Below the pieces are notes generated by a model that was not told where the DNA came from, did not search any database, and saw only the letters and a program-made list of their open reading frames with translations. A stretch of 42,107 nt of DNA from Deinococcota bacterium (GTDB taxonomy: Bacteria > Deinococcota > Deinococci > Deinococcales > Thermaceae). Made by a program: the position numbers and the translations under genes. The stretch lies in contig JBGFRI010000028.1 of the NCBI GenBank assembly GCA_041695225.1, positions 1 through 42,107 on the forward strand, in the 5' to 3' direction. Position 1 is the first letter of the stretch. Every line of letters starts with the position of its first letter. Positions 18,435-27,068 of the stretch are shown in pieces.

Positions 18435-20078
18435 CTACCTCCTGATAGCCGTCCGCGTCAAGATGGCCACTGGCAACAGACCCACCAGCACAATCGCCAG
18501 TGCTGGCAGGCCCACCCCTGTCCAGACCGACTCTGCTGCCATCTGCCAGACCCAGGTGGCCAGGGTCTCGTAGCCAAAAGGGCGTAACATAATGGTGACA
18601 GGAAGCTCCTTCATCACATCTACAAAGACCAGGGCTGCTGCCGCAAGCAGGCCGGGGGCCACCAGAGGCAGGTGAACCTGGCGCAAAATTCGCCAGGGGC
18701 CGGCGCCCAGCACCCGGGCGGCCATGGTAACGTTTGGTCTTATTTTTTCCAACCCGGCGTCGGTGCTCTGGTAGGCTACCGCCAGGAACCGGGCCACATA
18801 ACCATAGACTAGGCCCACGATTGAGCCGGTTAGTACCAGACCTACGGTAAAGCCCGCCCAGTGCTCAAGAAAGTTGTTCAGGGCATGATCGAGGGGTGTC
18901 AGGGTAAGCAAGATACCAACCGCCAGTACCGGGCCAGGTATAGCATAGCCGGTAGTTGCCAGCATAGCAACGAACCTTGCCAGCCTGCTACCAGCCAGAC
19001 GCACCCCACTTGACAGCAGCAGGGCCAGGGAAACCGCTACCAGCGCCGCAACTGCCGCTAGCAAAAGGCTGTTTCGTGCTAGCTCGAGGTAGACCCGCAG
19101 GGTATGGTCTGATAGGCGGGGTAGCTCGTGTGCGGCCCAGGCCAGAAGCTGGGCCAGGGGCAGGGCAAACGCGACCCCCACTACCAGGGCGCAGACGCCG
19201 GTAACCAGCCACTTTCTCTTTCCCGCCAGGGTTATGCGCGGCAGGCCGGGATAGCGGCCTCCGGGCTCGTGGTAACGGGTTCGCCCGCGCAAAAAGCGCT
19301 CGAGCAGAATCACCAGCAAAGCCAGGCTGGCCAGCAAACCCGCTAGCTCGCTGGCGGCCTGAAGGTCCATCATGCCGTGCCAGACCCGCACCACCCCATC
19401 GGCCAGGGTGGGAAAGTTGAAGAACCGCACGGTGGCAAAATCGGCCATGGCCTCCATCAGCACCAAAACCACCCCCGCAGCTAGGGCTGGTCGGGAGAGC
19501 GGAAGGGCTACCTTCCAGAAGAACCTGAACCCGGCGTGGCCTAGTATCCGCGAGGTCTCGAGCGCCGAGGCGGATATGCTCCTGAAGCCCACCAGTGCCA
19601 GCATGTAGACATATGGATACAGTACCAGGGTCATCACCAGAATGGCCCCGCCGGGCGAGCGGATATTGGGAAACCAGCCGATCTCGCCCAGCCAGCTAGT
19701 AAGCAGCCGTTGCACCGGACCGGCAGTGTCGAAAGTGGCCATGAAAATGAAGCCCATAATATAGGCCGGTATGGCCATGGGCAGCAGTAGCATCCACTCA
19801 AAAGCTGCCCGGCCCGGAAACTCGTATGCGCTCACCAGCCAGGCCAGACCTGCGCCCAGCACCAGGCTGCCCAGACCCACCCCCAAAAGCAGCAGCAGGG
19901 TGTTGCCTAGCATTAGCGGCAGTATGGTCTGCCACAGGTGCTGCCAGACCGACAGGGTGGGGGTGAGTAGCGAGGCCGCCACCACCCCCACGGGAAAAAC
20001 TACCAGTAAGGCGATAAGAACGGGGATGGCGATGGCCCTGCCACGCCATCGCCACTGGTTTAATGGGCTACGAATCAC
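18435..20078 (-). CDS. Fe3+-type ABC transporter permease (FbpB/AfuB-like)
   Basis: Two-domain permease: LVLYPYVY, VALPLSRPAL, EAMADFATV, FVDVMKELPVT.MLRPFG.ETLA. Confidence 0.93.
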   Translation of the reverse strand: MIRSPLNQWRWRGRAIAIPVLIALLVVFPVGVVAASLLTPTLSVWQHLWQTILPLMLGNTLLLLLGVGLGSLVLGAGLAWLVSAYEFPGRAAFEWMLLLPMAIPAYIMGFIFMATFDTAGPVQRLLTSWLGEIGWFPNIRSPGGAILVMTLVLYPYVYMLALVGFRSISASALETSRILGHAGFRFFWKVALPLSRPALAAGVVLVLMEAMADFATVRFFNFPTLADGVVRVWHGMMDLQAASELAGLLASLALLVILLERFLRGRTRYHEPGGRYPGLPRITLAGKRKWLVTGVCALVVGVAFALPLAQLLAWAAHELPRLSDHTLRVYLELARNSLLLAAVAALVAVSLALLLSSGVRLAGSRLARFVAMLATTGYAIPGPVLAVGILLTLTPLDHALNNFLEHWAGFTVGLVLTGSIVGLVYGYVARFLAVAYQSTDAGLEKIRPNVTMAARVLGAGPWRILRQVHLPLVAPGLLAAAALVFVDVMKELPVTIMLRPFGYETLATWVWQMAAESVWTGVGLPALAIVLVGLLPVAILTRTAIRR

Positions 20079-20100
20079 TACAAATCACTCGCTCACAAGT

Positions 20101-20184
20101 TTAGCGGTATCCTGCCTGGTCGAGCAAGCGGATGGCCCATGCTTAACGGTATCCTACCCGGTCGAGCAAGCGGATAGCCTCTGC
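20101..20184 (-). repeat. 42-bp tandem duplication of the binding-protein gene 3' end
   Basis: 20101-20142 TTAGCGGTATCCTGCCTGGTCGAGCAAGCGGATGGCCCATGC vs 20143-20184 TTAACGGTATCCTACCCGGTCGAGCAAGCGGATAGCCTCTGC. Confidence 0.9.
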
Positions 20185-21177
20185 TTGTAGTCTGCCCAGC
20201 TCGGCAAGATTGAGGTTATCAGCGCGGAACTCACCAAAGCCTCGAACGATGGGATGTATGGGTGCGGCAGGGTTGGCCGGGTACTCGTGGTTGGTTCCGG
20301 CGAACAACTCCTGGCCTCGAGGGCTGCTGAGCCACTCCAGCAGCCGCACGGCATTCTCGCGGTTCTGGGCGTGGGCGGTTATGCCTGCACCGCTGATGTT
20401 GACGTGCGCGCCGCGATCCCCAGCCCCCTGGTTGGCCCAGAAGATCCGGACGGGGAAGCGTGGGTTTGCCTCCAACAAGCGGCCAAGGTAGTAGTGGTTG
20501 GTTAGAGCTACGTCACCACCGCCGGCTGCCAGCGTCTCCAAGATCCGGGTATCGGAGTCAATCAACTGTGGCCGGTTGGCGACCCAGCCTCTGACAATCT
20601 CCTCGGTCCGGGCCACGCCGTGTGCAGCAATCAGGCTGGCAACCAGCGACTGGGTATAGGAGTGGGTGGCCGGCCTGAGTACCAGTCGCCCTGCCCAGCG
20701 CGGGTCGGTTAGGGCCTCGTAGGTCGAGAGCTCTTCGGGCCTTACCCGGTCGGGGTGGTACATGATGGTGCGCACCCGCAGGGTCAGGGCAAACCACTGG
20801 TTGCCCGGGTCGCGCAGGTGGGCGGGGATGTTCCGGGTCAGGATGGGGCTAACTACCGGCTGCAAAAGACCATCGCGGGCGGCCAGCCAGAGGTTGCCGG
20901 CGTCTACCGTAATCAGTACATCGGCGGGGGTGTGCCTTCCTTCGGCGCGGATGCGCTCGCGCAGCACGGCATCTGGCCCGCTGGTAAAGCGAACTCTGAT
21001 CCCGGTTGCGCGCGTGAATTCTTCGAATACCGGCTCTACTCCATAGTGGCGGGCGCTGTAAACATTCACTACACCCCTTGGTGCGGCCTGGGCCTGCGCC
21101 AAAGTGCCCAGGACTGGCGCGGCCAGTAAAACCGCCCCTACGAACCAGGCTCCCAACTTTCTGCTCTCTGGAATCAT
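20143..21177 (-). CDS. Fe3+ ABC transporter substrate-binding protein (FutA/FbpA-like)
   Basis: Signal peptide, VNVYSARHY, PADVLITVDAGNL, NHYY tyrosine pair, GAHVNISGAG, NHEYP; ATG 21177 after GGAGG. Confidence 0.94.
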   Translation of the reverse strand: MIPESRKLGAWFVGAVLLAAPVLGTLAQAQAAPRGVVNVYSARHYGVEPVFEEFTRATGIRVRFTSGPDAVLRERIRAEGRHTPADVLITVDAGNLWLAARDGLLQPVVSPILTRNIPAHLRDPGNQWFALTLRVRTIMYHPDRVRPEELSTYEALTDPRWAGRLVLRPATHSYTQSLVASLIAAHGVARTEEIVRGWVANRPQLIDSDTRILETLAAGGGDVALTNHYYLGRLLEANPRFPVRIFWANQGAGDRGAHVNISGAGITAHAQNRENAVRLLEWLSSPRGQELFAGTNHEYPANPAAPIHPIVRGFGEFRADNLNLAELGRLQAEAIRLLDRVGYR

Positions 21178-21202
21178 CTCCAACCTCCATTGCCTATCTT
21201 GA

Positions 21203-21229
21203 TAAACCCGATGTATTTACTCGGATTTA
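21203..21229. promoter_or_regulatory. Palindromic operator candidate (Rrf2/IscR-like shape)
   Basis: TAAACCCGA-TGTATTTAC-TCGGATTTA, AT-rich, between the predicted -10 and the SD of the iron ABC operon. Confidence 0.5.
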
Positions 21230-21237
21230 CGCCCAAC

Positions 21238-21267
21238 ATGATATATAGCCCATACCTCGGGTGTCAA
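21238..21267 (-). promoter_or_regulatory. Sigma70-type promoter of the iron ABC operon
   Basis: Minus strand TTGACA-N18-TATCAT about 60 bp upstream of the start codon. Confidence 0.55.
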
Positions 21268-21285
21268 TACCCAAATGTCCTGACA

Positions 21286-21794
21286 GAGCGTTCGAGAAAT
21301 CTCCTCTTCCCACCAAGAAACTCCCTTCCGTTTCGTCTCCACGAGTGCATGTAGCTCATGGAAAACTGACTTGCTACAGGGCTCTTTCAGCTTCCTTACT
21401 AAGGGGGGTTGGGGGGATCGGGACGGTGGGTACGGTGATTTACAGAGCCTGCGAAATCGCGTCAAGTGTTCCCTGGAACAATCCCCCCGGCTCGCTGACG
21501 CTCACCACCCCCCTTGTTAAGGGGGGCAGCCCCGGCTCGCTAAAACCTGCCAAGAAACTCCGTTGTGTTTCGTCGCTATTGGTGCGCGCAGCTCATGGAA
21601 AACTTAATGGGAGAGGCCGGGTGAGGGGGGCCTGCGGAGCGAGCCACGGTGTCTTTGGCGTCATTCAATTCCTCACCTCAACCCTCTCCCAAGTCCGGGC
21701 GAGGGGGGCCTAGAGCTCCATCCTTTTGGCTACCGTGCTCGTTGAAAACTCTGCTCAGGAGAGCGGGTGTGCTGTTGATTTCTGAAAGCCCTCT
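21286..21794. repeat. Mosaic REP/MITE-like non-coding region with a ~57-bp direct repeat
   Basis: CCAAGAAACTCC..GTTTCGTC..AGCTCATGGAAAACT at 21313-21369 and 21550-21606; palindromic motifs CCCCCCTTGTTAAGGGGGG and GGGAGAGG..GGGTGAGG / CCTCACC..CCCTCTCCC. Confidence 0.65.
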
Positions 21795-23169
21795 AGGGGT
21801 AGCTTAGCGGAAGGGTAGCCGCGGGGAGTTGCAGATGGCCCAAAGACTGGGCTGGTCTCTTGAATTTAGCCACGAGGGGTCTGGTCTGGGTACTGCTGCC
21901 TGGCCGGATACCCAGGGCCTGAAGAGCCCTTTCTAAAGGCAGGTCGCGGCCATAGTTGGCGAGCTGCTCAAAGGAGCGTGCCACCACAAAGTCCGGCATG
22001 GCCCGCTCGGGAAAAGGGGTTCCATCGGGAAAGAAGGCCCGGTTGTAGGAGATGCTCAGGGCGCCGCCGTTAATCAGACTAAAGGGTCGGGTGGTGGTGT
22101 TGCCAATGCCCATGGTCGCGACCCCCACCAGGGGGGCCAGTCTGGCTTTCTGGATGGCCGAGGCCAGATACTCTCCCCCCGAAGCAGTACTGGCGTCTAC
22201 CAGCACCACCAGGGGACCACGCCAGCGCGCCAGGCTGGGTAGCTGGACGCTTTCAGTCTGACCGCTGCGGGTTATCACGAATTGGCCATCCCGGATGCGG
22301 AATTCGGTACGTTCGGTCTGGTGGCGGTCTATCAGAGCCACAAACGGCTCCTCGATAAAAGCCGCCGCCGCATGAAGCATCTCTCTCAGCAAGCCCCCCC
22401 GGTTACCACGCAACTCCAGGATCATGGCCCGGGCATTTTGCTGCTGGGCCTGCTGAACCAGCTCATGCACCCGGCGTCCCACCTGGCCGTGGGCATCAAA
22501 GTCGGGGATCCGCAGCACCGCTACTCCATCGGGCCGAATTCGCATAGAGGGAAACCGGGCCAGGTTGATCTCGCGCCCGGTAAGGGTAACCTCGAGGCGC
22601 TGGCGCTGTGGTCCGCGCAGTATGGTTAGGGTCAGCGGGCGGCCCGACTGAATAGCCTGCACCAGCAACTGTAGGGCCTGGTTATCGTCGGGCTGCTCGC
22701 TCAGGAGACTGTCATTTACTGCAATGATGCGGTCTCCGTAGGCCAGCCCAGCCTCGTCGGCGGGGCTTCCCTCCACCACATCCACCACCAGTCGGTCGCG
22801 CGACCCCGGAATGGGCTGATGCGTAATCCCAATGCGCAGGTTACCAGAAGGGGCACGGCCCTCGCGGCCTTCGCGGGTTCCCCGCAGAGCCTCCCGGCTC
22901 AGGTAGAAAGTATGGTTGTCGTTCAACTCCCTTATCATCCGCTGAATGATGGGCACGGCCTGCTGGTAGGGACAGGTATCTGGCTGGGGCGCACAAACCA
23001 GCCGTAGCTCGGCCTGGTAACGAGTGGTAAGGTCTCGCAGGTTGAGGGTAGAAGGGCCGTTGTAATGAAACTTCAGATAGAAGCTGGCCTGGTCGAACAG
23101 GTCTTGCGCCGGCGAGGCCAGCGAGAGCGAGCTTAGCACCAGGGCCAGGGTGGCTAACAGTTTGCGCAT
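21793..23169 (-). CDS. S41-family peptidase with PDZ domain, secreted
   Basis: Signal peptide MRKLLATLALVL..LA-SP; LNDNHT; PDZ GSPADEAGLAYGDRI; LELRGNRGG; VVLVDASTASGGE. Confidence 0.9.
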   Translation of the reverse strand: MRKLLATLALVLSSLSLASPAQDLFDQASFYLKFHYNGPSTLNLRDLTTRYQAELRLVCAPQPDTCPYQQAVPIIQRMIRELNDNHTFYLSREALRGTREGREGRAPSGNLRIGITHQPIPGSRDRLVVDVVEGSPADEAGLAYGDRIIAVNDSLLSEQPDDNQALQLLVQAIQSGRPLTLTILRGPQRQRLEVTLTGREINLARFPSMRIRPDGVAVLRIPDFDAHGQVGRRVHELVQQAQQQNARAMILELRGNRGGLLREMLHAAAAFIEEPFVALIDRHQTERTEFRIRDGQFVITRSGQTESVQLPSLARWRGPLVVLVDASTASGGEYLASAIQKARLAPLVGVATMGIGNTTTRPFSLINGGALSISYNRAFFPDGTPFPERAMPDFVVARSFEQLANYGRDLPLERALQALGIRPGSSTQTRPLVAKFKRPAQSLGHLQLPAATLPLSYP

Positions 23170-23178
23170 AAAACCCAC

Positions 23179-24426
23179 CTACCGCAGCATATCCAGGGCG
23201 CGTTCCAGCGCCAGGTCACGCCCTGCAACCAGGGCCAGGGGATCGTCTTCGACTAAAACGTCCGGGGTAACTTTGAGTGGAAAGGCAGTGCCATCGAGAT
23301 GGCGCATCCGCAGCGACGAGACCGCAATAAACTCGCCGTTGATCAGCGGGCCCAGGGCGCTACCCGACATACCCAGGGCACCGGCGGTGGGCTCGCCCAC
23401 CACCCTGGCCCGGCCAGCCGCCTGCAAAAAGTAGGCCAGCATCTCAGTGGAATTAAGGGTGTTGCGGTTCACGAGTACGACCACCGGCAGGCGGGCCAGA
23501 TGGGGCTGTTGAAGCGCCATTAGCTCCTCTTTCTGTTCGCCCTCGGGTTGAACATATAGACTTCCGCCTTCTACGGTGTGAGTCTCGTCGAGTCCCACGA
23601 AGCGGCGGTCATAGATAAAACCACCCTGTCCAGTAAACGCAGTTGCAGCCAGTAGGGCTTCGGAGTCGTAGCCGCTCAAAGCGTCGCGCAGGTCAATTAC
23701 CATCCCCCGCGCGCCCGCCACTTCGGCCCGCCGGGCTGCCGCATGAATGTACTCGGAAGGGGAGAACTGCTCCGAGCTAAACAGATGGTAGACCCGCAGG
23801 TAGGCTATATTGCCAGTGACCTCGAGGCGGGGCCGCATGGCTACCTCGGCTACCCTGGGCGCCAGAATAACGCTGTGGGCGCTACCCTGGCGGCTATAGC
23901 TGAGCCCAAAGGGGTTTCGGCTGGCCTCGGCTGAAGCCAGACCGGCCAGAGTTGCTGGCTGGCCCTCTACCTGGGTAATCAGATCGCCGCGCCGCAGGCC
24001 GGCCTCGAAAGCTGGTTCGCCTGGAAAGGCTTCGCTCACCACCAGCCCGCGTGGGGTTTCGCGCACCCAGACCCCAATGCGCGGGGCGGCCGGCCCCCGG
24101 CCAGCCCCCAGGCGCCGGTCATCAACAAGCTGCTGGCGGGTCATCAGTACCATAAAGGGATCGGCTATATCTTGCAGGAGGCGGACAATAACCTTCCGGG
24201 CCTGGTCGAAGCCGCAGCGCTCGCCGTGGGCAGCGCAGAGTTGATCGAGCTGGGGCTGGTACTGACGGCGCAGCTCACGGAAATTTGGCACCTGGGCCGG
24301 GCCGTTGTAATAAAAGCCAATCAGAAAAGTAGCCTGGTCAAACAAATTCTGTGCTGGAGAGGCCAGCGCCGGGCTGTATGTTCCGAGCACCAGCACAAGA
24401 GCAAGCGCGGCTTGTCGCAGAGTCAT
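23179..24426 (-). CDS. S41-family peptidase paralog with PDZ domain and a degenerate active-site motif
   Basis: Signal peptide, SPAQNLFDQA N-terminus shared with neighbour, PDZ GEPAFEAGLRRGDLI, IDLRD, VVLVNRNTLNSTE, VGEPTAG; start set at ATG 24426. Confidence 0.85.
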   Translation of the reverse strand: MTLRQAALALVLVLGTYSPALASPAQNLFDQATFLIGFYYNGPAQVPNFRELRRQYQPQLDQLCAAHGERCGFDQARKVIVRLLQDIADPFMVLMTRQQLVDDRRLGAGRGPAAPRIGVWVRETPRGLVVSEAFPGEPAFEAGLRRGDLITQVEGQPATLAGLASAEASRNPFGLSYSRQGSAHSVILAPRVAEVAMRPRLEVTGNIAYLRVYHLFSSEQFSPSEYIHAAARRAEVAGARGMVIDLRDALSGYDSEALLAATAFTGQGGFIYDRRFVGLDETHTVEGGSLYVQPEGEQKEELMALQQPHLARLPVVVLVNRNTLNSTEMLAYFLQAAGRARVVGEPTAGALGMSGSALGPLINGEFIAVSSLRMRHLDGTAFPLKVTPDVLVEDDPLALVAGRDLALERALDMLR

Positions 24427-24558
24427 GCCATTAAATATATGCTCAAATAGTGTTAACCGAATGGAAGCCTGGCCCGGATTTTCCAGAACAGACAGGGGGT
24501 AGTGAAGGTCCTCGAGACCTGGCGAACTTGTACTGTGCCCGACCATATCGCGTGGCTT

Positions 24559-25788
24559 TCAGTAGATCCCCAAGGGGCCATAGAGTGCTGGCTGGTCTGC
24601 CGCACAAGCAAGCAGCGCCGGGCTTTTAGCCCAATCTGTCCTGGCCTGCGCGGGGTGGAACCCGGCGGCACGGAGCCTGTTGTACAGGCCAGCAACCACT
24701 TCAAAGCTGCTCAGGTAGGTGCCAGGGTAGTAGAAGCCCAAAATTTGCCGGTAGTCCCAGCCTTGCAGGGCCAGCCCGCGCGCGCCCCACTGGCTCATGC
24801 CGACTCCGTGGCCGTTGCCCTGGCCATGAACCCGCCAGCCATCAAACTGTACCCGGGTGGAGGGCAGGCCCAGGCCCCGCAAAAGGCGGGTGGACTGTGG
24901 CCCGTCTAGCTCGATGCTGCGGTTAGCTCCCACAATACGCAGACGAATTGGGCGGCCACTCTCGCTTTTGAGCAGCGGGACCAGGGACTGCACAGTTCCA
25001 AGCTGGATGCCCATACCCGCCAGCCCCTGGGCGACTGCGGCCGGCGAGAGGGTGCGGCTCCAGGTGCTTTTTGGGCTACTGGAAAGAGGATCGGGCCGCG
25101 AAACCAGGTAGGGCCGCCTACGCCCCCAAACCTCTGCCGAGGCCGCGGTGTGGCCCCCCGAGTCGGCATGGTAAACAGCAGTAATGGGGTTCTGGTCGTG
25201 GACTACAATCTGGCCGCGGGTAGCCATGACCGCACTGGTATGACGGGGGGTCTCAACCGAGCGCCCCAGATAGACCTGGCAGCGTTCGGTAGCACATACG
25301 TCGTAGAGGCCCTGGGGGTTCAGACGGTACAGGGCAAAAGTGCGGGCCAGAATGGCCTGGGCCCGCAGCACGGCCTCGGGGAAAGACGCCGGAACTTCTG
25401 CAGGCACCACACCCAGCAGATACTCCTCGAGCCAGACCCGGTTGATGAACGCAACCCTCCCGGCCCGCCAGACTGCTAGCAGGTTACCCCGGTACAGGTG
25501 TCCGTTCAGGGTAAAACCCTCTGCTGGCTCGAGCTCTACCCAGGGCCCTGCGCTCTGGCCATCCAGCACAACCTCGCCAAGCCCTGCCGTAACTCGCACC
25601 GTACCAGCGGCAAAACCCTGGCTGCCGAAGGCAGTGGTGCGCTGGTGGGGCCCCAGTTGAACCTCGCCCGCCGGGGCCTCGCTCAGCAAGACCCGCAGCA
25701 ACAGGTCTTGCTGAGCACTGGCTACGCCGTTGCTGGTCGCAGAAGCCAGCCCCAGTAACAGAAAAATAAGCATCCAGACCTGAACCAT
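24559..25788 (-). CDS. SpoIID/LytB-domain protein (peptidoglycan lytic transglycosylase family)
   Basis: LEEYLLGVVPAEVP..EAVLRAQAILARTFAL, CQVYLG, YHADSGGHT, GHGVGMSQWGA, ILGFYYPG. Confidence 0.92.
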   Translation of the reverse strand: MVQVWMLIFLLLGLASATSNGVASAQQDLLLRVLLSEAPAGEVQLGPHQRTTAFGSQGFAAGTVRVTAGLGEVVLDGQSAGPWVELEPAEGFTLNGHLYRGNLLAVWRAGRVAFINRVWLEEYLLGVVPAEVPASFPEAVLRAQAILARTFALYRLNPQGLYDVCATERCQVYLGRSVETPRHTSAVMATRGQIVVHDQNPITAVYHADSGGHTAASAEVWGRRRPYLVSRPDPLSSSPKSTWSRTLSPAAVAQGLAGMGIQLGTVQSLVPLLKSESGRPIRLRIVGANRSIELDGPQSTRLLRGLGLPSTRVQFDGWRVHGQGNGHGVGMSQWGARGLALQGWDYRQILGFYYPGTYLSSFEVVAGLYNRLRAAGFHPAQARTDWAKSPALLACAADQPALYGPLGIY

Positions 25789-25928
25789 ACACAGACCCGC
25801 TTCAGTATATGTCCAGCATCAGGGCCAGTGATGTTTATCTGACCTGGGGTCTGGTCTGGTCCAAAGGGGTTACGCGCACTTCACAGAAATTGCGTCCAGG
25901 TTGGGCGGGAACTGTTCCTGGGCGCGCC

Positions 25929-26060
25929 TCAGCGCACCGGCGGTAAGCCCAAATCTACCTTGCTGGTGCTGGGGTCGGGCCAGCGGCTGTTCAGCACCTT
26001 GGCCCGGGTATAGAACTGCACACCTGCGGGGCCGTAGATGTCCAGGTTGCCAAACAGGCT
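25929..26060 (-). pseudogene. Orphan diverged copy of the mmsA 3' end (43 codons plus stop)
   Basis: Reads SLFGNLDIYGPAGVQFYTRAKVLNSRWPDPSTSKVDLGLPPVR*; 116/132 nt identical, ungapped, to 27772-27903 (manual count). Confidence 0.92.
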
Positions 26061-26069
26061 AGAACTTTT

Positions 26070-26264
26070 TCAGAACTTTTTCGCCAGACCCGCTTGTTTA
26101 AGTATGCCATTGGCTGTGTGCCGTGACTTGATGGTGCCGTCTACTGGGAAGTAGTGGTTTGTGACGGGACTGTACTAGATCTCGTGGTCACCCTTGCCCT
26201 GCCGGTGGAAGCGACAACCTGCTTCCGAGAGAAGCCTCTTTACCTCGCGGCTGTAGTCGGCCAT
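26070..26264 (-). pseudogene. hicA: HicA-family toxin interrupted by an in-frame TAG
   Basis: Manual translation MADYSREVKRLLSEAGCRFHRQGKGDHEI*YSPVTNHYFPVDGTIKSRHTANGILKQAGLAKKF*; TAG at 26175-26177 where Trp is expected; TAATG overlap with upstream gene. Confidence 0.85.
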
Positions 26265-26482
26265 TAGCTGTAGACAAGCTCGCGTTCGGCGGTCAGGGTA
26301 AAGGTGCCCTGGCTATGCATGGGGCCAAGGTTCAGCTCTGCCAGCTCGGGAACCAGAACTTTGAGCTTTACCAGCAAGGCTTCCACGGTGTCAGCCTCGG
26401 CCACCAGGCCAGGTAAGTCGTGGCTCTGAGCTACCCAAACCTGGGCCTCATCATCCCACAGCGCATGTATATGAAACTGCAT
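26264..26482 (-). CDS. HicB-like antitoxin (DUF1902-type)
   Basis: MQFHIHALWDDEAQVWVAQSHDLPGLVAEADTVEAL...VPEL; coupled to the HicA-like gene. Confidence 0.85.
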   Translation of the reverse strand: MQFHIHALWDDEAQVWVAQSHDLPGLVAEADTVEALLVKLKVLVPELAELNLGPMHSQGTFTLTAERELVYS

Positions 26483-26541
26483 GGCCTCAGTGTAGCAAAA
26501 ATGAACAGGACCAACAGGACTACTTAGCATTGGCCACGGCC

Positions 26542-27066
26542 CTACTCTCGCGCACCAGCGAGGCCTGCTACACTTGCAAGAGCCAGGCCGGGCGTATAGA
26601 GAAAGTCAAACTCGCAACGCTGGCGAGCATTGATGAAAATTAGCTCGCGCGGGTCTGGGGCATGGGCAACCTGGGGCCGGGGGGGCCGGGCGACTGTTTG
26701 TACGTGCGCACATCCGCCCTCATCGGCATCTCCACCGCGAAAGCTATAATCTGAATCCATGAACTCGAGCCTGGTCGGGTACAGGTGGGCCTGGGGATCA
26801 AGACCAGGGTTGGGGGTCTGGAAGGCGGCATCGAGTTCAGGTCGCCCCCGGCACCTGTGACGACGAGGTTTGAGCTCCAGGGCAAAGGCCTGTCCCGGCA
26901 GCCGTAGCGGGGCAGGCTGCAAGTAGTCCACCCAGATCGCGGCGCCGCACAACCTCTCCAAGAAGGCTTTAGGCCTGCTGCGCCAGTACGCCCAGGAAGT
27001 TGCCGAGGAGGTAGTCCCCGAGGGCTTTAGGGGGCAAGGTCAAGCGGGTGTTCAGAGGGTAGTCCT
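26542..27066 (-). pseudogene. Probable degraded gene fragment of unknown family
   Basis: 139-codon open frame with no good start or SD; a coding-like upstream stretch (QDYPLNTRLTLPPKALGDYLLGNFLGVLAQQ) lies in another frame. Confidence 0.3.
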
Positions 27067-27068
27067 GG

